Below are positions 30,806-41,045 of a DNA stretch of 64,000 bases, piece by piece. The stretch is from a virus. The stretch lies in IMG/VR virus record IMGVR_UViG_3300027763_000026; one strand, written 5' to 3'. The notes under the pieces were generated by a model that saw only the letters and a list, made by a program, of their open reading frames with translations, had not been told where the DNA came from and ran no database searches. The stretch's first letter is position 1. Every line of letters starts with the position of its first letter. The position numbers and the translations under genes are program-made.

Positions 30806-31516
30806 TTACACTATTCTCCATCCGTAAATTCCACCAACAAAAACGCTTTTCATACTTAAACCTGCTGCATCTCCTGTAAATGGAGAATTTTCGCCTTCTA
30901 TATTATTTCCGTTTCCACTCAAAATAAAATTATTTCCACTCCAAGTATAAAATGGATCAACAAATTCAAGATAATTTCCTGTTGATGGAGACGCAGGAAG
31001 ATTAAATGCAAATGAAGTACTTCTTGTGTCTGCAAGATATTTTGTTCCATTTACAATTGAAGTTTGGTTGCCTGTTATATGAATATAAACGTCTTCTCCG
31101 ATCAAGCTCACTGCTGTTCCATTTACCCTAGGTCTAGCATTTAGATTAAAATTTCCTGTTTTATAAGTTAAACTAAGAACGTCCGCAACTCTACTAGCGT
31201 CATCTACTAAATAAGCCGTACCCAAATTCATTTTAAATGATTGGTTTGGAGAAGCTTGCAAAATTGTAATTGTGCTTGGTGTAGTATTCCTACCTAGAGA
31301 TATAGTATGCCTATCATTTGCAACAACCAACTCTTTATTTCCAAAATCTAAAGCTGTGAAAGGGTGCGCTGGATTTATTCCAGATATCACATTTATTGAC
31401 TCTACTCCATAATTTGTAATTCCACTAAGGATCAAAGTCCCTGCAGAACTGGAATCTTCTTGATTGAACGAAATTGAAGTGTTTGGAAGATGCGATACTA
31501 TATCTAGCTTTTTCAT
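30806..31516 (-). CDS. Putative virion protein
   Basis: 236 aa; C-terminal YLADT..FAFNLPASP..G...EFVD..GNGNNI module. Confidence 0.65.
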   Translation of the reverse strand: MKKLDIVSHLPNTSISFNQEDSSSAGTLILSGITNYGVESINVISGINPAHPFTALDFGNKELVVANDRHTISLGRNTTPSTITILQASPNQSFKMNLGTAYLVDDASRVADVLSLTYKTGNFNLNARPRVNGTAVSLIGEDVYIHITGNQTSIVNGTKYLADTRSTSFAFNLPASPSTGNYLEFVDPFYTWSGNNFILSGNGNNIEGENSPFTGDAAGLSMKSVFVGGIYGWRIV

Positions 31517-32346
31517 TGCGTTACATCATTTTCGCAATTTATATATGACCCATTATTTATCCCCGCATCTATTCCAAAACTTTTCTGATTCGCTTTGCAA
31601 TTTATAAATTTTCCAGTAACTATGATTGCGCAGGCTCCAAACGAGTAATTATTCGCTTTGCAGTTTTCAAAGTAACCATTAGCTTCTCCAGCGTATGAGC
31701 CAAAAGCGTAACTGCTTCCTATACAATTTATAAATTTACCATTTGCTCTTCCTTTAAAACCAAAAGAAAATTTTCCAGCTGAAACATTTTTATAAGTTCC
31801 ATTATAGCTTACTCTATTTCTCATACTTTGGATAGATTCAGTCAAACTAATAAAATCGACATTCTCGATATAAGTCTGACCAAAATTTTGCCCAGGGCTA
31901 AGATTCAAATAATACGCAGCAGGTAAATTACCCAGTCTATCATCATAATAAATTCTGTCTTCTTCTGTTAAAGTTAGCGTATGCCATGGTGACGCAAACG
32001 ACGTATTAGTGTTTTTTACTACTAAATTCGCAAGAGAAATATAATCAAGCAATTGATTGATTGTCCCATTGTTCGGTAGGCTAATATCAGAAGTAATAAT
32101 TGATTTATTTACTTCGTTTAAACCGACAATATCAATAAAATTTTTATTTAAAATTAATGACGAGGAACCTAAGTCGAATGTTCCTGGCTCTAGATATATA
32201 ATGTATCTATTATTTTCATTTAAACCAATCGCAGAGAGTTCTGAATATTTTTTTAATAGATCTTTACCATTTTGAATTTGATCTGCCGTATTTTTAATTA
32301 TAAAACTTTTATAATTTTTTCTTTGTAATAAATTGAGATAATTCAT
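31513..32346 (-). CDS. Putative virion protein with short beta-helix-like G..F.NC repeats
   Basis: 277-aa ORF; C-terminal repeats. Confidence 0.6.
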   Translation of the reverse strand: MNYLNLLQRKNYKSFIIKNTADQIQNGKDLLKKYSELSAIGLNENNRYIIYLEPGTFDLGSSSLILNKNFIDIVGLNEVNKSIITSDISLPNNGTINQLLDYISLANLVVKNTNTSFASPWHTLTLTEEDRIYYDDRLGNLPAAYYLNLSPGQNFGQTYIENVDFISLTESIQSMRNRVSYNGTYKNVSAGKFSFGFKGRANGKFINCIGSSYAFGSYAGEANGYFENCKANNYSFGACAIIVTGKFINCKANQKSFGIDAGINNGSYINCENDVTQ

Positions 32347-32347
32347 A

Positions 32348-32734
32348 TTAAAGTCCTGGATTACTAATTATGGTCGCCCATCCTGAGTAATATGAGTTAT
32401 TTACACCTAATAACTCTATCGATTCATTTTTTTGCATAGATATTGAATCCAGTTGATCTATGTTAGCCGAACCTGATATAACCAATAATCCTTCTCCTAA
32501 ATTCTTGATATTAAACCTTAATCCATTCGATACTGGAGGTAGGTATCCAGTCACTCCAGAAGGACTACTCACTAAATTTAAATAATAATTTGAAATATTA
32601 AAATTACCGATATGGTAATTGAATTGACTAGTTGCGCTACTCGATCCCCCGCTACTCGATCCAATAAAAGATTGATTGATATATCCAGAAAGTTCAGTTA
32701 AATCTAATTGCTTTAAACGAATTAAATTTGCCAT
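32348..32734 (-). CDS. Putative virion protein
   Basis: 128-aa ORF directly after the portal gene. Confidence 0.6.
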   Translation of the reverse strand: MANLIRLKQLDLTELSGYINQSFIGSSSGGSSSATSQFNYHIGNFNISNYYLNLVSSPSGVTGYLPPVSNGLRFNIKNLGEGLLVISGSANIDQLDSISMQKNESIELLGVNNSYYSGWATIISNPGL

Positions 32735-32735
32735 A

Positions 32736-34676
32736 TTAATTTACCTTGCTATGATATAAAATACTTGCTAAGTAAGTGTCAATTTGATGATCGCAAGCTA
32801 TGTTATTTATGGTTGAAATTAATTCTTGATTTTTATCAAAAGGTTGATTTATATAATCTTCTATTTTTACATTCCAATTTTCTGGAGACTCATTAGCAAT
32901 GATTAATTTTGAAATTTGGTTGGCTACGTCTTTTTGACTAAAACTTAACTTTTTAATATTATGTTTTTTTCTTAATAACGCGGCAACTTCTTCTTCTAAT
33001 TTTTGAGCAGAAATAAGGTTTTCTTTTATTTTATAAACGCTATATTTCTCTTCTAAAGAAGCCTTGGATTGTTTTCCTTGACCAATTGGCTCAACATTTT
33101 TTGTCGACTGAGGAACTCCTGTTGTTCCGTTTGGTCTTCCAACATCTCCGCCTATTTTAGTTCCGCCAATTAATGGTTGATAAAGACCTTGATCTCTTAA
33201 TTCTTTATACTTTTTTTGAGAAATCAATGAATCTTCTGGTTGCGGAAGTCTTCCAGTATCAATTGCTTTTAATCCCTCTTCTGGAGTTAAGATCCCAAGC
33301 TCCATTAATCTATTATATATTCTAGAATATTGGACATCGTCTTTTAAATCAATATCATCAAATTCTGCTGTTGGATAATTTTTAAAACCTAATTCTTTAC
33401 TTATTCTTCTCACTTCTGGTATTATAAATTCATTTATAAACGTTTGTCTTGCTTGCTTTAACCTTTCTATAAATACTTGGACTTTAATTGTCGTATTAGC
33501 AAATTTTTCATTTCCTATAAGGATATTATTCAATCCCACTTGAATATCTCTATCGACAACTTCATATTTTTCTGGACCAAGCAAATTACCGATATTAGGA
33601 ATAACAAATTCTGCCTTTGTTGTATAATCTGCAATCAACACTCTACCGACGCTTTGGTTTTGAAATAAATTTTGCATTGCTTCTAGATTTTTTTGATTAA
33701 CTCCGCCCTTTTCTGGATCTGTACCCATAGTGACAAGAAGAATAGCTTGTTGCATTGTACGAGTTATAGCCATATCCATCTTTTTCATTTCTGCTTTCCA
33801 ATTAATATCATCTAATACTGGAAAACCCATAGGGACAGCGAATGGTTCATAATCTTGCTTTTTATAAAAAACCGCGCAAAGCCTTTCAGCCTCTAATGGT
33901 AGCGTTAAAATTCCAACTGTTCTTTTTTTGATAAGCTCTTGAGTCTCTGGAGGTAGGCCTTTTAAGACTTCTCTATCTTCATCTGTTTTAGGAGTCTTTA
34001 ATCTTTCTAATTCGTAATCGCTCAAAACCTTGTAAAACCTTCCAGAAGAAAAATTTATAGTTCCACCAATTTGAATATCTGAAGGGTTTAATATTAAATA
34101 TCTTGATGGTAAATTAACTGAAGCTTTTGCGGATGTTAATCCAAACGCTTGAGTAATTTTGCTGATATCTGAATCTGAAACTTTTGTATCAAACCTATAT
34201 AAAAATACGTTCCCACTTCTATAGTACTCACGAAAAAATTTATCTTGCAAATCATATATATTTATTTTTTTAAACAAAGCTTCAAAAAAATCTCTACTTT
34301 TTTGACTACCGCCTTTAAAGTAAAGGGTACTACAAGAAAACTCAGTCATTAAATCTATGGTATTCCTAAATATAGCAAAATTATAATACGCTTTTTGGCA
34401 TAATATGACCGCATCTCTAACATTCATATTAGAGGAATTCTTTACCCCAGTTGAATATCTAAAAGGTATTAGTCCTTCGTCAATATTCTTATATCGATCT
34501 GTTCTTACGATTCCACCAGCTGTATTTCTACGCATTTGAGTACTCGACTGGTCGGATAAATCAGAGCCTGCATATGATGAACCTCTGCTTTCGTAGCTTG
34601 AAGCTTGACTAACCATCAGAGGCCCACTTTCCTCATTTTTGATTATTTTTGATTTATTTTTAATTTTTTTAGCCAT
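32736..34676 (-). CDS. Portal protein
   Basis: 646 aa directly after terL; AIFRNTIDLMTEF, FFREYYRSGNVFLY and YKKQDYE.FA.P portal-like segments. Confidence 0.75.
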   Translation of the reverse strand: MAKKIKNKSKIIKNEESGPLMVSQASSYESRGSSYAGSDLSDQSSTQMRRNTAGGIVRTDRYKNIDEGLIPFRYSTGVKNSSNMNVRDAVILCQKAYYNFAIFRNTIDLMTEFSCSTLYFKGGSQKSRDFFEALFKKINIYDLQDKFFREYYRSGNVFLYRFDTKVSDSDISKITQAFGLTSAKASVNLPSRYLILNPSDIQIGGTINFSSGRFYKVLSDYELERLKTPKTDEDREVLKGLPPETQELIKKRTVGILTLPLEAERLCAVFYKKQDYEPFAVPMGFPVLDDINWKAEMKKMDMAITRTMQQAILLVTMGTDPEKGGVNQKNLEAMQNLFQNQSVGRVLIADYTTKAEFVIPNIGNLLGPEKYEVVDRDIQVGLNNILIGNEKFANTTIKVQVFIERLKQARQTFINEFIIPEVRRISKELGFKNYPTAEFDDIDLKDDVQYSRIYNRLMELGILTPEEGLKAIDTGRLPQPEDSLISQKKYKELRDQGLYQPLIGGTKIGGDVGRPNGTTGVPQSTKNVEPIGQGKQSKASLEEKYSVYKIKENLISAQKLEEEVAALLRKKHNIKKLSFSQKDVANQISKLIIANESPENWNVKIEDYINQPFDKNQELISTINNIACDHQIDTYLASILYHSKVN

Positions 34677-34696
34677 TGATATTAATTATTACACCT

Positions 34697-36541
34697 TTAT
34701 TTAAGCATTATAGGCGAAAAAGTCGCTATTTCTATTGTTTCTGGTTGTTCCATCATGTCATTATAGCATTTTAAACCCCAATTCGCTAACATAAGTGCAG
34801 AATAATTATCTTTTCTTGCTTTGTTCGCCGAAGAGCTCCTTTTGAGATGCTGTGGAAGATCGAAAGTCTGAGTACCCCTGCTTGTAGAAGAATGCTCTAC
34901 TAGAGCACATTGTTTTTTTGTTTGGTATATAAAATCGTCTTGGTTTTCTATAAAATCAAGAATAGTCCAATCTTTTTTATCTTCACTTTTCATTAAATCT
35001 ATTGGTGCGCTTTTGTTTATAACCTCATTAAAAAATGATTCATGCGCGCCTGTTCTACTAGCAAACCATATTTTTTTATAATCAATGCAGGCCTGTAAAT
35101 ATTCATTTGCTTTTCTAATAAATGTGCCAGTAAATACTTGATTAAAGGCTATTCGTTTATCTTCTACGTTATATTTTTTTCTAGCGTTACGAATCATAAA
35201 TTCATATTCTGGTCCATCAAGATCTGAGTCTATATCAAATGTTTTTATTTCTAGTTTTTGTTTTTTGAATAATTCTGATTCATTACATGCAGATAAAAAT
35301 ACATCTGCTCCAGCGTTATCGACAATCATTAATACTATATTAAAATTTGTCATTATATAATATAAATAGGCTACGTGATTTTTAAGATTGCCTAATCCAG
35401 AATAAGTATGAACTAATATTCCTTGTTTTTTCTCTTCATCAAGCTCTAGAACAGCCATAGCAAAATAATCTGCATTTGGACTATCGCTCATATTAGGATC
35501 AATACCAAGAATATATTTTTTCTTTGGATCTCCTTTCAATAAAGTATGTGGTTTTTCGCCTAATTTCAAAGTACAATCTTCCATTTTTTTACCATTGAAA
35601 TAACTATCGCTACCATCAGTAAATCTAGCACAATATTCTCTTAAAAAGCTACTATGACTTGCCCCTCCGTTTTGTGCTTCTTCAATAATAGTTTTATCTA
35701 TCATTTCTTCTGGAAGAGCTTCGTAACTAAGTTGACTTACGAAGTATGTTGCTTCTGTTTTTTCATTATTTATAATTTTTTCAGACCATTCTTTATAAGT
35801 TTTATATAAATTTTCAAAAGTATAACTCGCAGAAGAAAACGCCAACATTTTACTTGTGTTTCCAAAAACCTCTCGGTCTTCTTCTTTCATTGAACCTTCT
35901 TGAATGAGCTTATCTTCTAGCTCTCTGATCTCCATTCTTTCTTTGATGTTCTGTGGAGCCACAAGGAAAGGCATAAGTACATTTTTAATAATTTCTTCTG
36001 GCAAAAGCAAGAACTCATCCAATACTAGAACGTTCGCTCTAAATCCTCGAATTTTTTCTCCGTTTAATGGGATCGCTACAATACTTCCTCCATTAATATG
36101 CCATTCAAATTGATCATTTCTTTTAGCTTTTGCTCCAAAGCATTGAGCTAGTAATTCTGCACCTGGGCTATTAACTATTTTTTCTAAATTATTAAATATA
36201 AATCGCGCAGTTCTAAAGGTAGGCCCAGCAATCAAAATTTTTGTGTTAGGCTCAAATATACATTGTAGAAAACAAAATACTGCAGCTATAAAACTCTTAC
36301 CACATCCTCGACCAAACACACACATATTAAAATTCCTATTGAAGAAAGCTTTAAGATGTATCTCTTGATATGGCGCGAGCTTAACTCCGCTTATCAACTC
36401 TGTAGTAAAGCCTATATTTGCTCTTAAAAATTTAGCCAAAGATATCTTTGCTTCTTTATCGTTTAAAAAACCTTTAAGTAGCGCTAATTCAGCATTAACG
36501 TCTTTAATTTCTTTTACGTATTTTTCTGGACATTCTATCAT
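34697..36541 (-). CDS. terL: Terminase large subunit
   Basis: Walker A GRGCGKS, Walker B VLVLDE, C-terminal nuclease YILGIDP...KDNYSA. Confidence 0.9.
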   Translation of the reverse strand: MIECPEKYVKEIKDVNAELALLKGFLNDKEAKISLAKFLRANIGFTTELISGVKLAPYQEIHLKAFFNRNFNMCVFGRGCGKSFIAAVFCFLQCIFEPNTKILIAGPTFRTARFIFNNLEKIVNSPGAELLAQCFGAKAKRNDQFEWHINGGSIVAIPLNGEKIRGFRANVLVLDEFLLLPEEIIKNVLMPFLVAPQNIKERMEIRELEDKLIQEGSMKEEDREVFGNTSKMLAFSSASYTFENLYKTYKEWSEKIINNEKTEATYFVSQLSYEALPEEMIDKTIIEEAQNGGASHSSFLREYCARFTDGSDSYFNGKKMEDCTLKLGEKPHTLLKGDPKKKYILGIDPNMSDSPNADYFAMAVLELDEEKKQGILVHTYSGLGNLKNHVAYLYYIMTNFNIVLMIVDNAGADVFLSACNESELFKKQKLEIKTFDIDSDLDGPEYEFMIRNARKKYNVEDKRIAFNQVFTGTFIRKANEYLQACIDYKKIWFASRTGAHESFFNEVINKSAPIDLMKSEDKKDWTILDFIENQDDFIYQTKKQCALVEHSSTSRGTQTFDLPQHLKRSSSANKARKDNYSALMLANWGLKCYNDMMEQPETIEIATFSPIMLK

Positions 36542-37473
36542 AAAATTTTTAAATCATAAGCCAACTGCAAATCTATTTTTTTATAAAAACATTTAGAGCT
36601 AAAAATAGACTCTATCACTCTTTTCATTTCATTTTTACCATCTACGAAAAGAAATTGCAAATTATCATAATCCTGTATAAGTTGTCTCACATTATGAAAA
36701 ATATATTCTGGTGTAGCTTTTATTTTTTTGCTAATGTGTGGCAGATATTGAAAGCTTAACGCATTACTCAACTTCTCTTCAACAACTACTATAAGGTAAG
36801 CATTATTTTTTTTCGCTTTGCTTATTTCATTTTTAAATCTATCTAAATTGCCTATGCTCAAGGTACTAATAAAATCACTAAGACTTTTTCGCTCAATATA
36901 ACAATCACAGTTATCATTAGAGCAGGAATAATCTCCAAAAGGTAGCGTCTTTATTTCAAAAGGTATGTCAAACTTAAGCCAACTTTGTTCTCTAGTATCA
37001 ACATATATGGTATCTCTTACTGTTAATTTCTTTTGAAATTGGTTGGTTATATTTTTAGGATGCACAAACTTATTTTCTAAGCCTACTTGGGAGCAAATAT
37101 CATAATAATCATTAAAAATTTTATTATAAAAGACAACAGATGGACTCATAATAGTTCTTAGCTCTACTTGCGTTGGAGAGTATACTATATTCTTATCTGC
37201 TTTGCGTTTAACTAGCAATGACTTGCAATATTCTTGGGCTTTTTCTATTGGCTGATCTTTTAGCCATTTTTTCATATTGTTCTTATCATTAAAGTCGCTA
37301 TTAAAATATTGTTCTTTGTTTTTAAAGTTAATAGTCTCTCCAGAGAATAAATCTTTCTTGGGATAATAAGTATGATAATATTTTTCTTTATTTAAACCAT
37401 ATCCTCTAAGCGCAAGATGAAGGCTTTTTTCATCTTTGAACTCTTTACCATCTACTTTGCATATGACACTCAT
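36538..37473 (-). CDS. ERCC4/XPF-type nuclease domain protein
   Basis: YVDTREQ...GDY...IERKSLSDF motif in the C-terminal half. Confidence 0.8.
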   Translation of the reverse strand: MSVICKVDGKEFKDEKSLHLALRGYGLNKEKYYHTYYPKKDLFSGETINFKNKEQYFNSDFNDKNNMKKWLKDQPIEKAQEYCKSLLVKRKADKNIVYSPTQVELRTIMSPSVVFYNKIFNDYYDICSQVGLENKFVHPKNITNQFQKKLTVRDTIYVDTREQSWLKFDIPFEIKTLPFGDYSCSNDNCDCYIERKSLSDFISTLSIGNLDRFKNEISKAKKNNAYLIVVVEEKLSNALSFQYLPHISKKIKATPEYIFHNVRQLIQDYDNLQFLFVDGKNEMKRVIESIFSSKCFYKKIDLQLAYDLKIL

Positions 37474-38564
37474 CCATTTAAAATCTCATCTCTAGAGATT
37501 CCTAATATCTTACATTTTATTTCTTCCATAGATGAAAGCCGATCTATTTCTTTTTCTAAACTCTTTTTTCTAAGATCTGCCATTTTAATAAGCTTAGTTC
37601 TATTCTCCTCTTCTTTCCACATCTGCACAAGATTAATAATTGAAGCAGTTTCCTTGACTTGCTTGCTTAATTTTTCGCTTCTTTTAACTTTTAAATCATT
37701 GTTTAATTTTTGTTGTCTATTTACGCAATCATTGTATTCTTTTCTAGCTGTGTTGCTTGCTTCAACTAGAGCCATAGGAATCTTACCATCATCTTGCAAT
37801 GATAAATCTATTTGATTTTGCAATACGCTAATAGTTTGTTGAATACTAGAAGAAATAAGGACTTCTGTGCAGAGCACTATATATTGATCTACCTCTTCTT
37901 GCGTTAAATCACCTTTATTATAAGTATATCTTACAAAACTACTCTCAAAAAGTTCGCGGTCGTTCTCGTTATCATAAATATTAATTTGATGTATGAACCT
38001 ATGAGTATTCATGTAACTTATTACCGCAGCAACTTCTCTTTTTTGACCATGAGTGATTTTGCTTTTATCTATTCCATCTAAAACATATTTATTAATCTTA
38101 GCTATCATTCTTTCTTCGCTGCGCGGAGGTTTATAATCTCCAGTCGAGGCTTCTTCATTTTCGGCGTTATTATATTTTATATTTGTGGGTATGCTTTTCA
38201 TGTACTCTAAAACGCTTCTGCTTTCTTGGCAAAGGTTTGTTAGAGTTTCATCTTTAAATAATATTTTTGCCATTTCCAATCCAGTCATAGCATTGCAATT
38301 ATTGCTAATATACTCTTTTTGTTCACTAGATAATTCTAAAATACCTTTGGCTTCGTATTCATGACTTTTTCTAGGTTTAATTTGTCTAGAAGCTAAAAAT
38401 TGTTTGACTGCTTTTCCCTCTTTGCTTCTGCCGTCCAGATCTTCTCTGTTAAAAGCAAGTTTAACTAGTTCGGCTAACGAGGGTGGATCATCTACGCGAT
38501 CATTCCATTCTTTTAATAAAACCAATTGTTGCTCTTCTGTTAAAATTAAAATATCTTCGCTCAT
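37470..38564 (-). CDS. Hypothetical helical protein (terminase small subunit candidate)
   Basis: 364 aa, translationally coupled upstream of the nuclease and terL; function inferred from position only. Confidence 0.5.
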   Translation of the reverse strand: MSEDILILTEEQQLVLLKEWNDRVDDPPSLAELVKLAFNREDLDGRSKEGKAVKQFLASRQIKPRKSHEYEAKGILELSSEQKEYISNNCNAMTGLEMAKILFKDETLTNLCQESRSVLEYMKSIPTNIKYNNAENEEASTGDYKPPRSEERMIAKINKYVLDGIDKSKITHGQKREVAAVISYMNTHRFIHQINIYDNENDRELFESSFVRYTYNKGDLTQEEVDQYIVLCTEVLISSSIQQTISVLQNQIDLSLQDDGKIPMALVEASNTARKEYNDCVNRQQKLNNDLKVKRSEKLSKQVKETASIINLVQMWKEEENRTKLIKMADLRKKSLEKEIDRLSSMEEIKCKILGISRDEILNG

Positions 38565-39244
38565 ATAATATCAATATCTCCGTTATAAAGATGTTTTTTA
38601 ACTTTAATCATAATTGATTTTTTTAAATTCTTAATTTGCTTATATCCAGCTGCTCTATTTTTCTCTGTGGTTCTATATCCCATTAATTTAGCAACCTGCT
38701 CTTCGTTTTTATGTTCAATATATAAGTATGTATAAATTTTCCATTCTATTGGTTTTAAAATCTTTTGCATTTTAAAATGAATGTTTTCTGCTGTTTTTTC
38801 TAAATCAACTGTATCATTTTTTATATCATATACTTCGTTCAAATGATTCTCCATCGCTACAGGCAGCTTGGTATCGTGAGCATTCTTTTTGCTTTTCACC
38901 CAATTTGCGTATAGTGGACAATCCACACATTGTTTTCCGTAAATACTACAGCCATCGTCGCTTTCTGCTGCGGCACATTTTAAACATGGTCTTGCATAAT
39001 TGCTATAAGTATTGCGTATTAAATTTTTAATTTGGTTACTTATGATACGATTAACCCATGGAGCTAATGGTTTAGTTTGATTATATAAATGCCATTTTTT
39101 GTAAATATGAATTCTTAAAATTTGAGAAACATCTGAAAAATCCATCCAAGATATGGCTGTCAGGTTCCATTTATTTCTCCTTTTAAAGATTTCATTGTCT
39201 ATTTGAGCTATACATCCTTCAAAATTGAGTTTTTGATTAGGCAT
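38561..39244 (-). CDS. Phage RNA polymerase sigma factor (late sigma candidate)
   Basis: Region-2-like D..Q..RIHI..KWHLY...LAPWVNRII.NQIKNLIR and C-terminal HTH. Confidence 0.7.
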   Translation of the reverse strand: MPNQKLNFEGCIAQIDNEIFKRRNKWNLTAISWMDFSDVSQILRIHIYKKWHLYNQTKPLAPWVNRIISNQIKNLIRNTYSNYARPCLKCAAAESDDGCSIYGKQCVDCPLYANWVKSKKNAHDTKLPVAMENHLNEVYDIKNDTVDLEKTAENIHFKMQKILKPIEWKIYTYLYIEHKNEEQVAKLMGYRTTEKNRAAGYKQIKNLKKSIMIKVKKHLYNGDIDII

Positions 39245-39261
39245 TTTATTATTTAAAAAGA

Positions 39262-39696
39262 CTATTGCTTCTTACGATTTCGACTTTTTGGTTTTAATGC
39301 AGAGCCTTCTTTACGTAGGCTTTCTAGTTGTTCTTTTTTATTAATTACTATTTTGGACCGATTTTGTCTTAAAGTATTTTGTTGGTTGGACGAACCGACG
39401 ATATCTCCTATTTTTTCAACAACATCTCGTTGAATATTAATATCGAAATCTAAATTATCAATATCTGGCACTTCATTTACTTCTGTGATTTCAGTATCAT
39501 CATCCTCGTAATCTTCTGGTTCAATATTTGGCCTTTTCGCTTTGGTTATAGTTGGTTTTTGCATTTGCACTGGTAAAGCTACTTTTTCTTCTTTTTTAAC
39601 GCCTGAAAATGAATTTCCACAATTTGTGCAAAATTTAGGCTTACTTAGGGAATATTCAGTTGGCGAACCACATTCAGAACAATAAATTTTTAACAT
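39262..39696 (-). CDS. Zinc-ribbon protein
   Basis: CSECG...KFCTNCG. Confidence 0.7.
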   Translation of the reverse strand: MLKIYCSECGSPTEYSLSKPKFCTNCGNSFSGVKKEEKVALPVQMQKPTITKAKRPNIEPEDYEDDDTEITEVNEVPDIDNLDFDINIQRDVVEKIGDIVGSSNQQNTLRQNRSKIVINKKEQLESLRKEGSALKPKSRNRKKQ

Positions 39697-39768
39697 ATAA
39701 TATTATATGCTAAATGAAGAGTATATTCTAAATATTTAAATTTAATTTAAAATAACGATATATCGTAT

Positions 39769-40668
39769 TTATGCGGGGCATACTCTATGACCTTTGCTAA
39801 CAGTATCATAAAATAATTTACCAGATAAATCTGAAGTGAATGTGTCTGATCCTGGAGGCATATAATCAAAGATTAAAACTCCTTCGCCTGCGGGTCCATT
39901 ACCAAATTCAACTGTTAATGGATAATAAGAGTTTGCAACCATTGTGAATGTACCAGGTGGATCTGTGTGATAAGGCCCATGAAGTCCAGGTAGAGATACT
40001 ACAGCGTTAGTAGCAGTTACATTACCATTCCCATCCCTAGTAATACTTCTATTTCCGTCAAGAGCATTAGTTCCAAACCATAGGTAGCTACCGTCATCTG
40101 AGTATAATCTAAATTTGTACACTCCATTTACTGTAGGCTTAAAGTAGCCTTTGATAATAAGACTTTTATTATTTTGTCCTTGAGCTGAAGAATAATTATC
40201 ATCAATCTGAGAAGTAACTTCCTCAGACACAACAACAGGACTTACGCTTGCAGTTCCTGGGTTCTGGATAAAACCAAAACCAAAAAAAGTAACGCCTTTA
40301 CCTATCGATGGAAATGGCGAACCTATAGCTTCTGGTGTATCATATTGGGGTTGTGGAAAAAATCCCCAATTATACCAATCTTGCTCAGTTGTACTTCCAA
40401 CGTTACTTATTATATAATTTGCAGTGTTATAGTCATCAATAAATTCGCTTACTAATCTAGTATTAAAAAAGTCATCATTTTCATAAAAATAACCTTCATA
40501 TTTTTTCTTATATAATCCAGCTGCTAAAGTTAAACATGCTACATTGCTATTTTCTGGTTCGGATGGGGGAGGTGGCCCATTGTTAATTATTTTTCTTTTA
40601 GGATTTTTTACAATAACTCCGCGTTTATTATTACCAAAAGCTGTAGAGTATGGATTTTTGACTATCAT
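39769..40668 (-). CDS. PA14-domain protein
   Basis: IIKGYFKP..G.YKFRLYSDDGSYLW..PGLHG..YYPLTVEFGN. Confidence 0.8.
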   Translation of the reverse strand: MIVKNPYSTAFGNNKRGVIVKNPKRKIINNGPPPPSEPENSNVACLTLAAGLYKKKYEGYFYENDDFFNTRLVSEFIDDYNTANYIISNVGSTTEQDWYNWGFFPQPQYDTPEAIGSPFPSIGKGVTFFGFGFIQNPGTASVSPVVVSEEVTSQIDDNYSSAQGQNNKSLIIKGYFKPTVNGVYKFRLYSDDGSYLWFGTNALDGNRSITRDGNGNVTATNAVVSLPGLHGPYHTDPPGTFTMVANSYYPLTVEFGNGPAGEGVLIFDYMPPGSDTFTSDLSGKLFYDTVSKGHRVCPA

Positions 40669-40683
40669 ATAGTCAGAAAAAAA

Positions 40684-41022
40684 TTAACTTCTTTCCCAGC
40701 AAATATAATTTGGGCTCACTCCACTAACACTAACTACTCCTGTATAATTAAGATCACTTAAACTTCCGCCATCACCACCTCCAGAAGCAGTACTTGATGC
40801 TAGAACAAAATTAAATGAATTACCAGCAGCAGAAGCTCCATATTTTACATGAAGATGAGATGTTGATAAATTTTGAATATAAAGTTCTTCACGATTAGCA
40901 TTTGCTTCTAAAACTGTGCCGTTTGTTCCGCTTACTGTAAAATTAGATATTGTGTCTAATGGAGTGGCATCATAAACTAAATTTAATCTTTTTTCAGTAG
41001 GATCTGTTGTGATGTTAGACAT
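40684..41022 (-). CDS. Small beta-sandwich protein, paralog of 2699..3010
   Basis: ANANREELYIQNLSTSHLHVKYG motif; GTGTAA upstream. Confidence 0.7.
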   Translation of the reverse strand: MSNITTDPTEKRLNLVYDATPLDTISNFTVSGTNGTVLEANANREELYIQNLSTSHLHVKYGASAAGNSFNFVLASSTASGGGDGGSLSDLNYTGVVSVSGVSPNYICWERS

Positions 41023-41045
41023 ATTAAATATGATTACACATTAAA

